A stretch of 64,000 nt of DNA from Candidatus Marinacidobacterales bacterium (GCA_965237955.1 OZ250169.1:6016001-6080000), one strand, 5' to 3'. Shown: positions 10,044 to 20,570, counted from the first letter of the stretch. The notes: generated by a model not told the origin, from the letters alone. Numbers and translations are program-made.

Positions 10044-10809
10044 CAAAATAGATAGGTGCCGGCACACCCCGAGCCCTTTCTCGAGGTATTCGGACAGCAC
10101 GATGCTCTCGTTTCCGAAATCACGCGACAACTTCTCGACGCCCGATTCGTTGAACTCGATATCACGGCGAACACAGTCGTAGTACCACGCAAAGAGTCGG
10201 TCACGATCGACACCCTTGGCCACTCCGCGCCGCTTGCACTCCGCGAGCCGGGTTGTCATCCGGACCTTGTCCACCTTGATCTTCTCTCGGCCCGCGCGCT
10301 CGGTCGGTGACGCCTGGGTGCCCATGTCGGTGTAGCCGTGCATCAGGTACTCGGGGATGCCCCGGTAGACGCGACCGTCGTTCAGCCAGCTCTTTTGATC
10401 CATGAGGATCTCGAGCTCCACCGCGGCCTGGACATAGCGATTGCGTCGCCCCGAGTCGGGAATGGTCGCGATCGCCTGGTTCATCGCACGGATGCACTCC
10501 ATCGGCGCCACTCCCCAGCTGGCAACGAACCCTGCGAGCTCGTTGGGCTCGAGCTCGTGAGCGATCCGCTTCCCCGTCTTGGGATCGAGATAGTACGAGT
10601 GGCTCAAGTACTCCGCGTCCATGAGCGCGACCGCGCGAGCGAGCGATGACTGTTGCGCGCTGAGCCGATCCATCAGCTCGCGCATCTCCTTCGAGCCGAG
10701 TGCGCGCCGCGACGGCGAGACCCGGGTAACCGACGCTTGAGAGTCGTCGGACACAGCTCGAGCCTTCGCGCGCTCGTCGGCGTCGGAGCGAAAACTCAAG
10801 AGTGTATCC

Positions 10810-11328
10810 TCATCCGTAGTTCAACACGGTACAGATGTCGTAGTCCGCGAGCTTGTCGCGGCCGTTCAGGAAATCGAGCTCGATGAGAAAGCTCAGCGCT
10901 TCGACTTTGCCACCGACTTTCTCGACGAGATCAACGACGCCGCGCGCGGTGCCGCCGGTGGCGAGGACGTCATCGACGATGACGATGCGCTGGCCGGATT
11001 GGATCGCATCCGCATGCATCTCGAGGCTATCAGTTCCATATTCGAGCTCGTAGGAAACCTGCACGGTGTCCGCGGGGAGCTTGCCCGGCTTCCGAACGGG
11101 AATATGGCCTTTGCCGAGCTCGTACGCGAGGGCCCCCGCGAAGATGAATCCGCGGCTCTCGATGCCGATGAGCGCATCGAAGTCGCGGGATTTGAGAGGC
11201 TCAGCCATATAGTGGATCGCTTTTTTGAATGCTTGCGCATCGCCGAGTAGCGGCGTGATGTCCTTGAACACGATTCCTTTTTGGGGGAAGTCGGGAACGT
11301 CTCGAATGATCTGGCGTAGTTGCTCCAT
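10810..11328 (-). CDS. apt: adenine phosphoribosyltransferase
   Basis: IRDVPDFPQKGIVFKDITPLL, IESRGF, YELEYG, VIVDDVLATGGT PRPP motif. Confidence 0.96.
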   Translation of the reverse strand: MEQLRQIIRDVPDFPQKGIVFKDITPLLGDAQAFKKAIHYMAEPLKSRDFDALIGIESRGFIFAGALAYELGKGHIPVRKPGKLPADTVQVSYELEYGTDSLEMHADAIQSGQRIVIVDDVLATGGTARGVVDLVEKVGGKVEALSFLIELDFLNGRDKLADYDICTVLNYG

Positions 11329-11336
11329 ATGACTCC

Positions 11337-11609
11337 TCAAAAGCGCACGCTGAATGAAGTCAGCTCAGAGTCCGCGGAAACCAGAGTCATATCGAAGTCC
11401 TCGCTGTGGGCAGCGCCGGGGCCTTCTCGCAGCCGCTCGCAAAACGACGCGAGCGTGCTCTCGTCCCCTTGCGCGAACACCTCAACGCGGCCGTCTGGTA
11501 AATTGCGCACATAACCGCACACATCACGCGCTCGAGCTTCCTTTTCGGTGAACCACCGGAATCCTACGCCTTGAACGCGACCAGATATGAGAACTACGTA
11601 TGCTTCCAC
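11337..11609 (-). CDS. acyP: acylphosphatase
   Basis: [31 protein letters not shown]; GTG start inferred. Confidence 0.93.
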   Translation of the reverse strand: MEAYVVLISGRVQGVGFRWFTEKEARARDVCGYVRNLPDGRVEVFAQGDESTLASFCERLREGPGAAHSEDFDMTLVSADSELTSFSVRF

Positions 11610-11734
11610 GAGTTCGACACTAGCTGGCCACGCGCTATCAGCCCGTTGGCACCGGAAGGCCGCTTTAGCGTCGCGAAACGCCGGATAGCCTTCCCATTTC
11701 CTTGCTGACTTGGCGATTATACCAAGAAGCCGCG

Positions 11735-12952
11735 TCAATCGCCGTTCCACCGCTCGAGCGCGAGGACGGCGTTGAGACCGCCGAACGCGAACGAGCTCGA
11801 AAGCGCCCGGCGGATCGGCTGTTCGCGGGCCTCGTTGGGCACGACGTCGAGATCGCAGTCGGGGTCGGTTCCGAGATAGCCCGCTGTCGGCGGGACAACG
11901 CCGTTTTCGAGGGCAAGCGCCGTCGCGGCGCACTCGAGCGCCCCCGCGGCCCCCAACGCGTGCCCGTGCATCGACTTCGACGAGCTCATGAGAAGACGCG
12001 TGGCATGCTCACCGAAGACCGTCTTCACAGCCCGGGTCTCGGTCGCATCGTTCAGGGGCGTTCCCGTTCCGTGGGCGTTCACATAGTCCACGGAGTCGGG
12101 CGTCATCGATGCGTCGCAAAGCGCGCCCTGGAGGGCCCGGCTCGCCCCGCGCTCCGATGGCTTGGTAATGTGGCTCGCGTCCGACGACAAGCCGAAACCT
12201 TTGATCTCGGCGTGGATGTGGGCGCCCCGTGCGCGCGCGGCCTCGAGCTCTTCGAGAACGAGCGCGCCAGCGCCCTCGGCCAAGATCAACCCTTTCCGGT
12301 CCCGTGAGAACGGTCGGCAGAGGTCGGGCGAGATCACGCGCATGCTGTCCCACGCCTTGAGGTGTCCGAGGCTGAACGGCGCTTCGCTACCTCCTGTCAA
12401 CGCCACTTTGGATGCGCCCCGCGACACCATCCAAAATGCAACGCCGATCGCGTGGCTCGACGACGAGCACGCCGTCGATACCGTCATGCCGGCCCCTTCG
12501 ATTCCGAACTCCATCGATGCCAGACTCGCGCCGGCGCTCGCCATGATGCGTGGGACCGCGAACGGTGTGAGACGCCGCCGTCCGTCCCGGTAGAGATCCC
12601 GGAAGAGCTCGTCCTGGGTTGTTTGGCCGGCAACCGCGGTGCCGGTCACAACGCTGGCATCGACGAGCGAAGCTGGCTCGATGCCACTCGAAGCGACGGC
12701 CTCGCGGGCTGCGAGCATCCATAGCCGCGCGAACCGGTCTAGCGCCCCCGCATCCGCGGATGCGAACATCGCTTCCAAGTCGACGTCGCGCACCTCACCG
12801 CCGTAGTGAAACTGCAGGCTCGATGTGTCGCAGAGCGCGATTTCAGCGAAACCGTGCCGACCCGTGCACAGAGATTCCCAGAAGCTCTCACGGTCGCGCC
12901 CGATGGCCGACACGACGCCGATGCCGGTGATGACGACGCGGTGCGGCCCCAT
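11735..12952 (-). CDS. beta-ketoacyl-ACP synthase (FabF/NodE-like)
   Basis: Cys-His-His triad: [25 protein letters not shown]; SSFAFGGLN. Confidence 0.92.
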   Translation of the reverse strand: MGPHRVVITGIGVVSAIGRDRESFWESLCTGRHGFAEIALCDTSSLQFHYGGEVRDVDLEAMFASADAGALDRFARLWMLAAREAVASSGIEPASLVDASVVTGTAVAGQTTQDELFRDLYRDGRRRLTPFAVPRIMASAGASLASMEFGIEGAGMTVSTACSSSSHAIGVAFWMVSRGASKVALTGGSEAPFSLGHLKAWDSMRVISPDLCRPFSRDRKGLILAEGAGALVLEELEAARARGAHIHAEIKGFGLSSDASHITKPSERGASRALQGALCDASMTPDSVDYVNAHGTGTPLNDATETRAVKTVFGEHATRLLMSSSKSMHGHALGAAGALECAATALALENGVVPPTAGYLGTDPDCDLDVVPNEAREQPIRRALSSSFAFGGLNAVLALERWNGD

Positions 12953-12959
12953 AGGGTTT

Positions 12960-13208
12960 TCAGCTGGGAGTTGGGAGGAGCGGTTTCACACACTCCAAGA
13001 CGTCGCGGACGGTGGTGATTTCGCGGGCGTCGTCGTCCGGAATGATAATCCCGAGCTCTTCTTCCAGGTCGCACAACAAATCGAAACCGTTCAGGGAATC
13101 GATGCCCAGATCCTGGAACGTACTGTCGAGCGTAATCGCCCCGGCCGGCTGGTTGCCTTTCTCAGCGATTGCGGCCATGACCTTCATCGTGAGCTGACTG
13201 TTGTCCAT
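12960..13208 (-). CDS. acyl carrier protein
   Basis: DLGIDSL phosphopantetheine site, LEEELGIIIPDD; directly upstream of the ketosynthase. Confidence 0.9.
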   Translation of the reverse strand: MDNSQLTMKVMAAIAEKGNQPAGAITLDSTFQDLGIDSLNGFDLLCDLEEELGIIIPDDDAREITTVRDVLECVKPLLPTPS

Positions 13209-13253
13209 ATCGGGCGAGTCTACCACAACGTCGATCGGTTACACTCCCGCGCG

Positions 13254-13480
13254 ATGAACGCCCTGTGGGTTCCGCTCGCTCTCGCTGCCGGCGCCCTCCA
13301 GAGCGTCAGAAACGGCTTTGCGCGCAGTCTTTCGGGAGCTATCTCCCCTGCCCTCAACAGTTGGTCGCGCTTCTTTTTCAACCTTCCGTTCTCGTTCTTG
13401 CTGTTCTCGGCGCTCGTCGCCGCGAACGGGTTCCCTTCGGTCTCGCTACCGGTATCATCGTGTTGTGGCTCGCAAGCTGA
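13254..13480 (+). pseudogene. DMT/EamA-type transporter with large internal deletion
   Basis: N-terminus MNALWVPLALAAGALQSVRNGFARSL..SRFFFNLPF joins out of frame to a C-terminal-like GIIVLWLAS*. Confidence 0.6.
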
Positions 13481-13499
13481 AAGACTAGGCTTCGACTCC

Positions 13500-13727
13500 G
13501 TGGATTCCGAAACGCGCTTCGTGGACGTCGACTACCGTACGCTCAGCACGCAAGCGCTCCGCGGCCTCATCGAAGAGTTCATTACGCGGCAAGGCACCGA
13601 CTACGGCGTGCGTGAAGTCAGCCTCGACGACAAAGTCACAGACGTCGAGCGCCAGCTCAAAAACGGCGAGGCGCGAATCGTGTTCGACACCGTCAACGAA
13701 TGCGCGAACATCGTGCCGCGCACTTGA
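13500..13727 (+). CDS. YheU (UPF0270) family protein
   Basis: LSTQALRGLIEEFITRQGTDYGVREVSLDDKVTDVERQLKNGEARIVFD. Confidence 0.85.
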   Translation: MDSETRFVDVDYRTLSTQALRGLIEEFITRQGTDYGVREVSLDDKVTDVERQLKNGEARIVFDTVNECANIVPRT

Positions 13728-13730
13728 CTA

Positions 13731-15263
13731 CTAAGACAGGAAGAGACGGAACGCGGCGTTGTTCGGCTCGAGCGTGTAGGGGTAGCCGAGTCCGTCGAGA
13801 AACGCTTGGAACTCCTTTCGTTCGTCGGGTGGGACCTCGAACGCGGCCAGAACCCTGCCGAAATCCGAGCCGTGATTCCGGTAGTGGAACAAGCTGATGT
13901 TCCACCGGCCTCCGAGCGTATCCAGGAACTGCATGAGGGCTCCCGGCCGTTCCGGAAAACGAAACCGACACGGCCACTCGTGCTCGACGTCTCGAGCGCG
14001 ACCACCAACCATGTGACGGACGTGCACCTTCGCCGTCTCGTCGTCGGAGAGATCGAGCGTCTCGTAGCCGAGACCGCGCAAATGCTCCGCGAGCGACGTC
14101 GCGTCGTCACGGGATTCGACGCTGATGCCGACGAAGATGTGGGCCTCGGCGCGGCCGCTGAGCCGGTAGTTGAACTCCGTCACCACACGACGGCCGATCG
14201 CCTTACAGAACTCGCGGAAGGCCCCCGCCCGCTCGGGAATCGTCACCGCAAAAATCGCCTCGCGAGCTTCACCGAGCTCCGCGCGCTCGGCAACGAACCG
14301 CAGCCGGTCGAAATTCATGTTCGCACCGCTCAGGACCGCGACCAGGCGCTGGTCTCGTGCCCCGTTGTCTTCGACGAACCGCTTGAGCCCGGCAACGGCC
14401 AGCGCCCCCGCGGGCTCCATCACCGTCCGCGTGTCATCGAACACGTCTTTGATGGCGGCGCAGATCTCGTCGTTCGTGACCCGAACGACCTCGTCGACGA
14501 CTTCTCGAGCTATCGTCAACGTAAGGTCAGAAACTTCCCGAACGGCGACGCCATCCGCGAAAATGCCGACGTGGTCGAGGCGCACTTTTTCCCGCCGCGA
14601 GAGTGATTGGTACATTGCGTCCGCCTCGAACGGTTCGACCCCGACGACCCGGGTCGAGGGCTTGAGCGTTTTCAAGATCGTGCCGATGCCTGCGATCAAA
14701 CCGCCACCACCTACGGGGACGAACACCGTATCGAGCTCGCCCTTGGCGTGGCGCAGGATCTCGTCGCCGATGGTTCCCTGCCCGGCGATCACCAGAGGAT
14801 CGTCGAACGGGTGCACCAACGTGAGTCCCCTCTCCTCACGCAGCTCCTCGCACCGCACCTCGGCCTCGGCGTAGGTGTCACCCGCGAGCTCGACGGTCGC
14901 GCCCATACTGCGGACAGAGTCGACTTTGATGGCCGGTGTCGTCCTCGGCATGACGATGGTGGCCGCGATGCCAAGATGACGTGCCGAGAACGCCACACCC
15001 TGAGCGTGGTTTCCGGCGCTCGAGGCGATCACGCCTCGTACGGTCGCTTCTCGCGGCAAGCTGGCCATTTTGTTGTATGCACCGCGAAGCTTGAAGCTGA
15101 ACACCGGGTGCATGTCTTCGCGCTTCAACAGCACTTCGTTCCCGAACCGCGCGCTCAGCTTGTGCGCATTCTCGAGCGGTGTCTCGTTCACCACTTCATA
15201 GACACGGCTCGAAAGAATGGAGCGGAAGAGCGAACCGAGATCGTGTTGGTCGTCTTGTGTCAT
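13731..15263 (-). CDS. ilvA: threonine ammonia-lyase, biosynthetic
   Basis: KREDMHPVFSFKLRGAYN PLP-lysine motif, SSAGNHAQG, SGANMNFDRL, two C-terminal regulatory repeats. Confidence 0.96.
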   Translation of the reverse strand: MTQDDQHDLGSLFRSILSSRVYEVVNETPLENAHKLSARFGNEVLLKREDMHPVFSFKLRGAYNKMASLPREATVRGVIASSAGNHAQGVAFSARHLGIAATIVMPRTTPAIKVDSVRSMGATVELAGDTYAEAEVRCEELREERGLTLVHPFDDPLVIAGQGTIGDEILRHAKGELDTVFVPVGGGGLIAGIGTILKTLKPSTRVVGVEPFEADAMYQSLSRREKVRLDHVGIFADGVAVREVSDLTLTIAREVVDEVVRVTNDEICAAIKDVFDDTRTVMEPAGALAVAGLKRFVEDNGARDQRLVAVLSGANMNFDRLRFVAERAELGEAREAIFAVTIPERAGAFREFCKAIGRRVVTEFNYRLSGRAEAHIFVGISVESRDDATSLAEHLRGLGYETLDLSDDETAKVHVRHMVGGRARDVEHEWPCRFRFPERPGALMQFLDTLGGRWNISLFHYRNHGSDFGRVLAAFEVPPDERKEFQAFLDGLGYPYTLEPNNAAFRLFLS

Positions 15264-15302
15264 TGCAAACTATCGTTAGTTTCGCCTGGCAAACCGGCGC
15301 GT

Positions 15303-15346
15303 AAAGAAAAAGCCGGTCCGGCCGTAACGCCACGACCGGACCGGCT
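15303..15346 (-). terminator. rho-independent terminator
   Basis: GCCGGTCCGG..CCGGACCGGC stem followed by TTTTTCTTT on the minus strand, just after the stop at 15367. Confidence 0.75.
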
Positions 15347-15366
15347 CGTCAGAACAGACTATTACC

Positions 15367-15967
15367 TTAGTCGTCCGTGGTCGGCCAGACGACTCCCTGA
15401 TCTTTCTTCTTGATCGGTCCCATGCCTTTGTACATGAACTTCTGGACGCGCTTGCCCTCGTAGGTTTCCACCGTATAGATGTTGCCTTTCGAGTCAGTCG
15501 CCAGGTTGTGGACGGCAAAGAACTGTCCGGGCGGGCGTCCACCGTCGTCGAAGCTCGTCAAGATCTCGAGCGACTCGCGGTCCATGATATACACCTTCAT
15601 GTTCTTGCCATCGGCATTAGATGTATTTCTGGTCGGCGTCTTTCGAGAACGCAATGTCCCACCGCGCCGTCGCCGAGCGTCTCCTTCGCGATGCGTTTTT
15701 CCTTCACGAACGTTCCGTCGAGCCTGAAGACCTGAACCCGATCGTTCGGACGATCGCAGACGGTGACACCAATGGTCGAGCCCATGACCCAATGGTGGGG
15801 AGCGGTTTCGACCACATCGGATCGACCTCGAACATTGGCGCTTCACCGTCCGCGACGGAAGCCGACGCCGTCGTCTCCAACATCGATTGGCCCATGGCAA
15901 GTACGATGAGGACGGCCAGAAAGGCCGCGCCGATTAGAAGATTCTTTTTGTGCTTCAAGCTCTTCAT
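15367..15967 (-). pseudogene. secreted NHL-repeat (PAL-like) beta-propeller protein, internally deleted and frameshifted
   Basis: Signal peptide plus PMFEVDPMWSKPLP/HWVMGSTIGV jumps directly to CDRPNDRVQVF and GQFFAVHNLATDSKGNIYTVETYEGKRVQKF across three frames. Confidence 0.75.
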
Positions 15968-16084
15968 CCTTTCCTCTCTTCGTCCGGACCCGGTGGGCGC
16001 CCTCAGAATGCGCGCAAGTATACGCCACCGGCCAGGCACTTGTCATGCCAAGGAGGACGCAACTATTCTTACTCTCGCAGACAA

Positions 16085-16462
16085 ACCCTTCAATTCGCAG
16101 GCTCGCACTTCACGACGTCGCTTCTCGCGTTCAATGTCGGTGTCGAGCTCGGGCAGTTGCTGGTGCTCGTTCTGACCATCCCGTTGCTGAACGCACTGGT
16201 CCGCTTCGGCGTCTCGGAACGGATCGGAACGATCTACCTGTCGGCGTTGATCACCCACTCCGCGTGGCACTGGATGGTCGAGCGCGCCGAACAGCTTCGG
16301 CAGTTCTCGTGGCCCGCTCTCGATGCCGCTCGCCTGGCGAACTTGATGCGCCTTTCGATGCTCTGGGTTTTGTTTGCAGCTCTCGTGTGGCTGGCGTCGG
16401 TTCTCAAGCCGCCGCCGGACTCGAGCGCAGACGAGGAAGCTTCCGCTGGAGCGGACCGCTAA
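16085..16462 (+). pseudogene. HupE/UreJ-family membrane protein, C-terminal remnant
   Basis: LQFAGSHFTTSLLAFNVGVELGQLLVL..LSALITHSAWHWMVER; no plausible N-terminus. Confidence 0.65.
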
Positions 16463-19210
16463 CTATCCGTCGACGTCGTCACCAACCGCCGCCAGCCAAG
16501 CCGAAAACTCTGCATCGCGAAGCTCGTCCGCCAGAACGCTCGCTGCACGAGCTTTGCCTGCGAGCATGAGGGCAAGGATACGAAACCGCGCGAGCTCGGC
16601 GCTCGTCGGATCGTTCATCTGGGCCCGCTCGAGATGCGCTGCCGCCAGCTCGTAGTCGCGCGCGGCGAACGCGTGGGCCGACAAGAGGAACTCGAGCATG
16701 GGATGGTTCACGCCACTCGCTTTAGCCTTTTCGAGGATGACCCGATCTTCCAGATCACTGGCCATGATCATCAGCGGCAGCGCGACCAGCGATGATTGCG
16801 TGAGCACGTGGTGGAGCTCAGGGATGCCCGCGCCACCGTGCGCGAGGTGGCGGTTGATGATGTCCTGGTAGGCGAAGTAGTCGAGTGTGCGCTCGCGTAG
16901 CTCCGGCGGCCAGATGTCCCGAATCCACGCGCTCTCGCTGAACCTGCGACGGGACTCCGATGCGTCCATGAGCCGGAGGAACTCTGCCAAGTCAGCGCCT
17001 CCGTTCGTCTCACTCTGGTGGAAGAGTGCGGCTTGGATGCGATGAGGAAAGTTGTCGCGAAGCGGAAGCGCGTCGCCGGTCCACTCCTCGAGAAATGCGG
17101 AGTCTCCGATGAACAATGCCCCGAGCTGCTCAGGAGTCTCGACCCCGATCGTCGAGAACCCGGTTGCCACGTCGCGCCATGGACGATCGAAATCGGCGGC
17201 GTCGACGGGGCCGTCGAGCCCGCGCGTCCCCACCAACATCCACTCGGTGCCGGCGCCTGTCCAAAGCGAACAGTCCGAGAACGCTCCACAAAAACCGTTC
17301 ACGAGTGACTTCGCCTCACTCGCTTCGAGCTGATACACGGGGAGCCAGTACGTCACCACGCCGCGGGGAGCGAGTCGCTCGCGGAGAAGGGTGAAATACT
17401 CTTCGCTATAGAGATTGACGATGCCGGCGTTTTTCGGCGGAGGCGGCTCTGCAGTAATAATGTCGAACCGCTTTTCGGTGGTTTGCAGAAAGAACCGTCC
17501 GTCTTCGATGTGAACGCGCACCCGCGAATCCTTCAAAGGGTGTCCGTTCGCAAAGATGTCGACCTCGAGGCTGAGATCGATCAGATCGCGCGAGATATCG
17601 ACGACATCGATGGACTCCAGGCTCTTTTGCTCGGTGAGCGCGTTCGCAGTGACTCCGACACCATAGCTAATTAGGAGCGCGTTTTTCGCATCCGGGTTGA
17701 GCGCCATCGGCCAGTAGGCATAGAGCCGCATGTAGCGCTTCGCCCGGTAGGTCGTCGCCGACATCGCGAACCCGTTGGTAACGAGCCGGTGATAGCGCGG
17801 CTCGCCGAACAAGTCGTTCCTCAAGTAGAACGCTGCCTCGGTGACCCCTTCGCGCATCGCAATGACGTACGAGCCGTCGGCAAGATACGGGGCAAGGACG
17901 CGCGGCAGATGGTGGTTTTGCATCAGGCCGGAGGGAAAGAACACGAGGCCGAGAACGAAACCGACGCCCGCGACGCTCATGCCCAAACGCTCCGCACTTG
18001 CGACGCGGAGCTCTCGACGCCGCGCATAGGCGACCACGATGGCGATGGCGCCATAAAGCGCGGCGAGCACGAAGAACGAGCGTTCGAGTCCTAGCCTCGG
18101 GATCAAAACGAATTCCGCCACCAGGGAGCCGAACATAGCACCGAGCGTATTCGACAACGTGAGCCCCGCGGCCGAGAGCGTCTCGTCGCCGAGCTCGTCG
18201 TTGAGGGCCCGTCCGATGAACGTAAACAGGATTCCGGAGAGGAAGCTCACCGGCGCCGCCGAGAGAAGCCCCATCGAATCGACGAAGCTGAAATAGGTGA
18301 CGATGACCACGATTCCCGACGTGAGTGCCACCACGCCGACGTAGCGGTGAGCCTCTTTATCCTGGCGCAGCCACCAGGACGCGACGAAGCCGCCGGACGC
18401 GATACCGAAGAGCACGACCGAGAGCATCAACGAGAAGACAAGACTCGTGCTGTTCCGAAAGAGCAACATGAAACGAAACCACACCACTTCGAGCCCGAGC
18501 AGGGCGGCTCCGGATAGGAATGCGGCACTGAGGATGACGAGCGCGGGCGCTTTGACCAGTGCGCGCCAGGAGACGTGACTCGCGGGAATCTCGACCCCTA
18601 TGGTTTTGCGCGCGAGCAAAATCACCAGGAACGCCGCGGCCACGTTCAAGACGGCGGCAACAACCCCCGTGCCACGGACTCCGAACGCTCCTATCAAAAC
18701 CAGCTCGGCGGAGAGCGCACCGGCGACCGCGCCGAGCGTGTTCCACCCGTAGAGGCGTCCAAGAACGCGACCGAAGTTCTCGTCGTAGCGCGACAATGTG
18801 CGGACGAGCAACGGAAGCGTCGCGCCCATCGCGGTTGCCGGAACCAGGAGGAGCGCAAACGCGATCGCGAGCCTCATGGGGTTGAGCACCCACGGTTGCT
18901 CGAGAAACGGCCGGAACAGGGGGGCCAGCCAGGACGCAAGGCTCGGCAAGAGCAGGACGAGCCCAAGGCCCGTCGCGCCGATGACCAGTTCCAGAATCGC
19001 GTACACCCGCAGCGGGCGCACCCACCGCCCTCCGTGGCGCGCCACGACCAGGCTCCCGAGCGCGAGCCCTCCCATGAAGCTTGCGAGCACGAGACTCGAC
19101 GCCCACACGCTGTTGCCGAACGCGAGCCCCGCCATGCGAAACCACAACGTTTCGAAGATGAGGGCGGACGCGCCCGAGAGAAAGAAGATGAGACAAAGTG
19201 CCAGTTGCAT
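16463..19210 (-). CDS. fused membrane (MFS-like)/spermidine synthase-like protein with TPR-like tail
   Basis: FFLSGASALIFETLW, LYGWNTLGAVAG, ALLISYGVGVT, HIEDGRFFL, FDIITAEPPPP. Confidence 0.88.
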   Translation of the reverse strand: MQLALCLIFFLSGASALIFETLWFRMAGLAFGNSVWASSLVLASFMGGLALGSLVVARHGGRWVRPLRVYAILELVIGATGLGLVLLLPSLASWLAPLFRPFLEQPWVLNPMRLAIAFALLLVPATAMGATLPLLVRTLSRYDENFGRVLGRLYGWNTLGAVAGALSAELVLIGAFGVRGTGVVAAVLNVAAAFLVILLARKTIGVEIPASHVSWRALVKAPALVILSAAFLSGAALLGLEVVWFRFMLLFRNSTSLVFSLMLSVVLFGIASGGFVASWWLRQDKEAHRYVGVVALTSGIVVIVTYFSFVDSMGLLSAAPVSFLSGILFTFIGRALNDELGDETLSAAGLTLSNTLGAMFGSLVAEFVLIPRLGLERSFFVLAALYGAIAIVVAYARRRELRVASAERLGMSVAGVGFVLGLVFFPSGLMQNHHLPRVLAPYLADGSYVIAMREGVTEAAFYLRNDLFGEPRYHRLVTNGFAMSATTYRAKRYMRLYAYWPMALNPDAKNALLISYGVGVTANALTEQKSLESIDVVDISRDLIDLSLEVDIFANGHPLKDSRVRVHIEDGRFFLQTTEKRFDIITAEPPPPKNAGIVNLYSEEYFTLLRERLAPRGVVTYWLPVYQLEASEAKSLVNGFCGAFSDCSLWTGAGTEWMLVGTRGLDGPVDAADFDRPWRDVATGFSTIGVETPEQLGALFIGDSAFLEEWTGDALPLRDNFPHRIQAALFHQSETNGGADLAEFLRLMDASESRRRFSESAWIRDIWPPELRERTLDYFAYQDIINRHLAHGGAGIPELHHVLTQSSLVALPLMIMASDLEDRVILEKAKASGVNHPMLEFLLSAHAFAARDYELAAAHLERAQMNDPTSAELARFRILALMLAGKARAASVLADELRDAEFSAWLAAVGDDVDG

Positions 19211-19287
19211 CGGAAACGTTACGCGATCCGCGAGTTTTTAGAGTGTTCTAGGATTGTAAGGGGGCCAGGTGGACGCTGCAACTAGAT

Positions 19288-19830
19288 CTAGTTGGCGCGT
19301 GAATAGACACTGCGAATGACGAGGGGTGCTTTGAGTTGTTTGTCCTCGAGACGCACCGTCAACACCATTTCGTTGCCACCGGAGGAAAGCTTGTACGTCT
19401 CGAAGATCTTGGCGCCGTCGCTGGTTTTCATCTCGATGTCAATCTGACTGCCCGTCGGTGTCGCCTTCGTTTCGAGCCGTGTCCCGTTCTGCATCTGGCG
19501 TTCGTGCTTCTGGCCGTCCAGATAGTAGATGCGCAGATTGTCACCGCCGTCGTCGACAACGAGCTCACGGCTGTTCCGCTCGATGTCGAGCTCGTCCGCG
19601 TACTGCACGAATCGATCGAGCACTTGATTCAGCCGCTGAACGAATCGCGGGTCGACGTCCTCGACGGTGTCGCGCCCCCGACTCATCTTTTGGATGAACC
19701 CTTCGATCGTCGCTTCGAGCTTGGGCTCTGGATCATCGCTCTTGTCGCCATCGCGATACCAAAGGCCCGTGTACCCTGACTGTGCTATCAGCAATCCGAT
19801 GGTGGCAAGCGTCGTGACGAGCGTTCTCAT
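19288..19830 (-). CDS. secreted hypothetical protein
   Basis: MRTLVTTLATIGLLIAQ signal-like start; YTGLW..DKSD and ETYKLS..VYSR beta-barrel-like pattern. Confidence 0.6.
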   Translation of the reverse strand: MRTLVTTLATIGLLIAQSGYTGLWYRDGDKSDDPEPKLEATIEGFIQKMSRGRDTVEDVDPRFVQRLNQVLDRFVQYADELDIERNSRELVVDDGGDNLRIYYLDGQKHERQMQNGTRLETKATPTGSQIDIEMKTSDGAKIFETYKLSSGGNEMVLTVRLEDKQLKAPLVIRSVYSRAN

Positions 19831-20404
19831 ATCGCGACTCACGCTAGGAGGGATGAACGCTCGCGGTCCCTTTTGTCTGCGCCTCCGGGCCGTGGGCTCG
19901 CGTCGCCCAGTGATGCCGAAAATACGTGACGACCGAAGATACGGCAGCCGCACTGGCCACCGCCACGGGGAGCTAGTCCCCTGTATCAGAACAAACTAGA
20001 TAAAGCAGAGCTTGCCGAAACCCTTCTAAGTGCATGAATCTTATGAATCTTATGGGCTGGCGAAAAGCCTAACTTTGTATAGTAATCAAAGATCCAGGGG
20101 ACTAGCTCGAACATCAATGCCGACATCATGACGAGAGTCGTGTTCAACCTTCGTACGCCTTCGAACTCATCAGTACATTCCCAAGTCGAATGTTACTGCA
20201 CCGATCTGCTGCCGTCCATCGGCGTCGTCAAGAGGCCGGTCCACCCGAAACCTGCGGCGATGGCGTGCTGCGTCCTCATCGGGTCGAACACCCCGAGCGC
20301 GACGAACGAACCAAGGGCGAACACCTCTAAGAGACGAGAGACGAGATTTTCCCCTGGAGGCCTCCCTGTTCGGAAGACTTTTTGCGGGACGGCGGGAGTG
20401 AAAA

Positions 20405-20543
20405 CGGAAAAAGGCGAGGCCGGAACACCCAACCACTAGAACACCGAATGTGTTCCGTTCCGGCCTCGCCTCTTCGCTCCGTTCCATATTGAAACGGGAC
20501 CCCCCTCGAGATCGGCCCGTTTCGAAACGGTTTGAACGAACGA
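20405..20543 (-). ncRNA. candidate small RNA, copy A
   Basis: Downstream of a sigma54 motif; hairpin GAAACGGG..CCCGTTTC, inner GAACAC-ATTCG-GTGTTC hairpin, terminator GGCGAGGCCGGAAC..GTTCCGGCCTCGCC-TTTTT; homologous to 21605-21731. Confidence 0.55.
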
Positions 20544-20553
20544 TGGAGAGTAG

Positions 20554-20570
20554 TGCAATCGCGATGCCAG
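20554..20570 (-). promoter_or_regulatory. sigma54 (-24/-12) promoter, copy A
   Basis: CTGGCATCGCGATTGCA, exact GG-N10-GC spacing. Confidence 0.7.

Larger units (their letters stand above)
6583..10799 (-). pseudogene. transglutaminase/EDR1-like Cys-His-Asp protein, split by ISL3 and IS256 insertions
   Basis: Pieces 10799-10044, 8324-8146 and 6688-6583 join at the TSDs to give ..GLGVCRHLSIFFQLYLQEAGIDCRLVKG..(frameshift)HAWNLVRFRDRVVLVDVTHP..MVSGSSEEEVYEQA..KIEAA*. Confidence 0.8.

Noticed and set aside
12825-13727. 300-aa ORF fusing EamA-like and YheU sequences
   Set aside because: Read-through of antisense ACP sequence, a deleted EamA gene and a separate YheU gene
15264-15366. Leader-peptide attenuator for ilvA
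   Set aside because: No Ile/Thr-rich leader ORF seen; the hairpin is explained as the terminator of the upstream gene
20030-20090. dif-like or att site in an AT-rich patch with an ATGAATCTT tandem duplication
   Set aside because: No XerC/XerD arm match; a single 9-bp duplication is not informative
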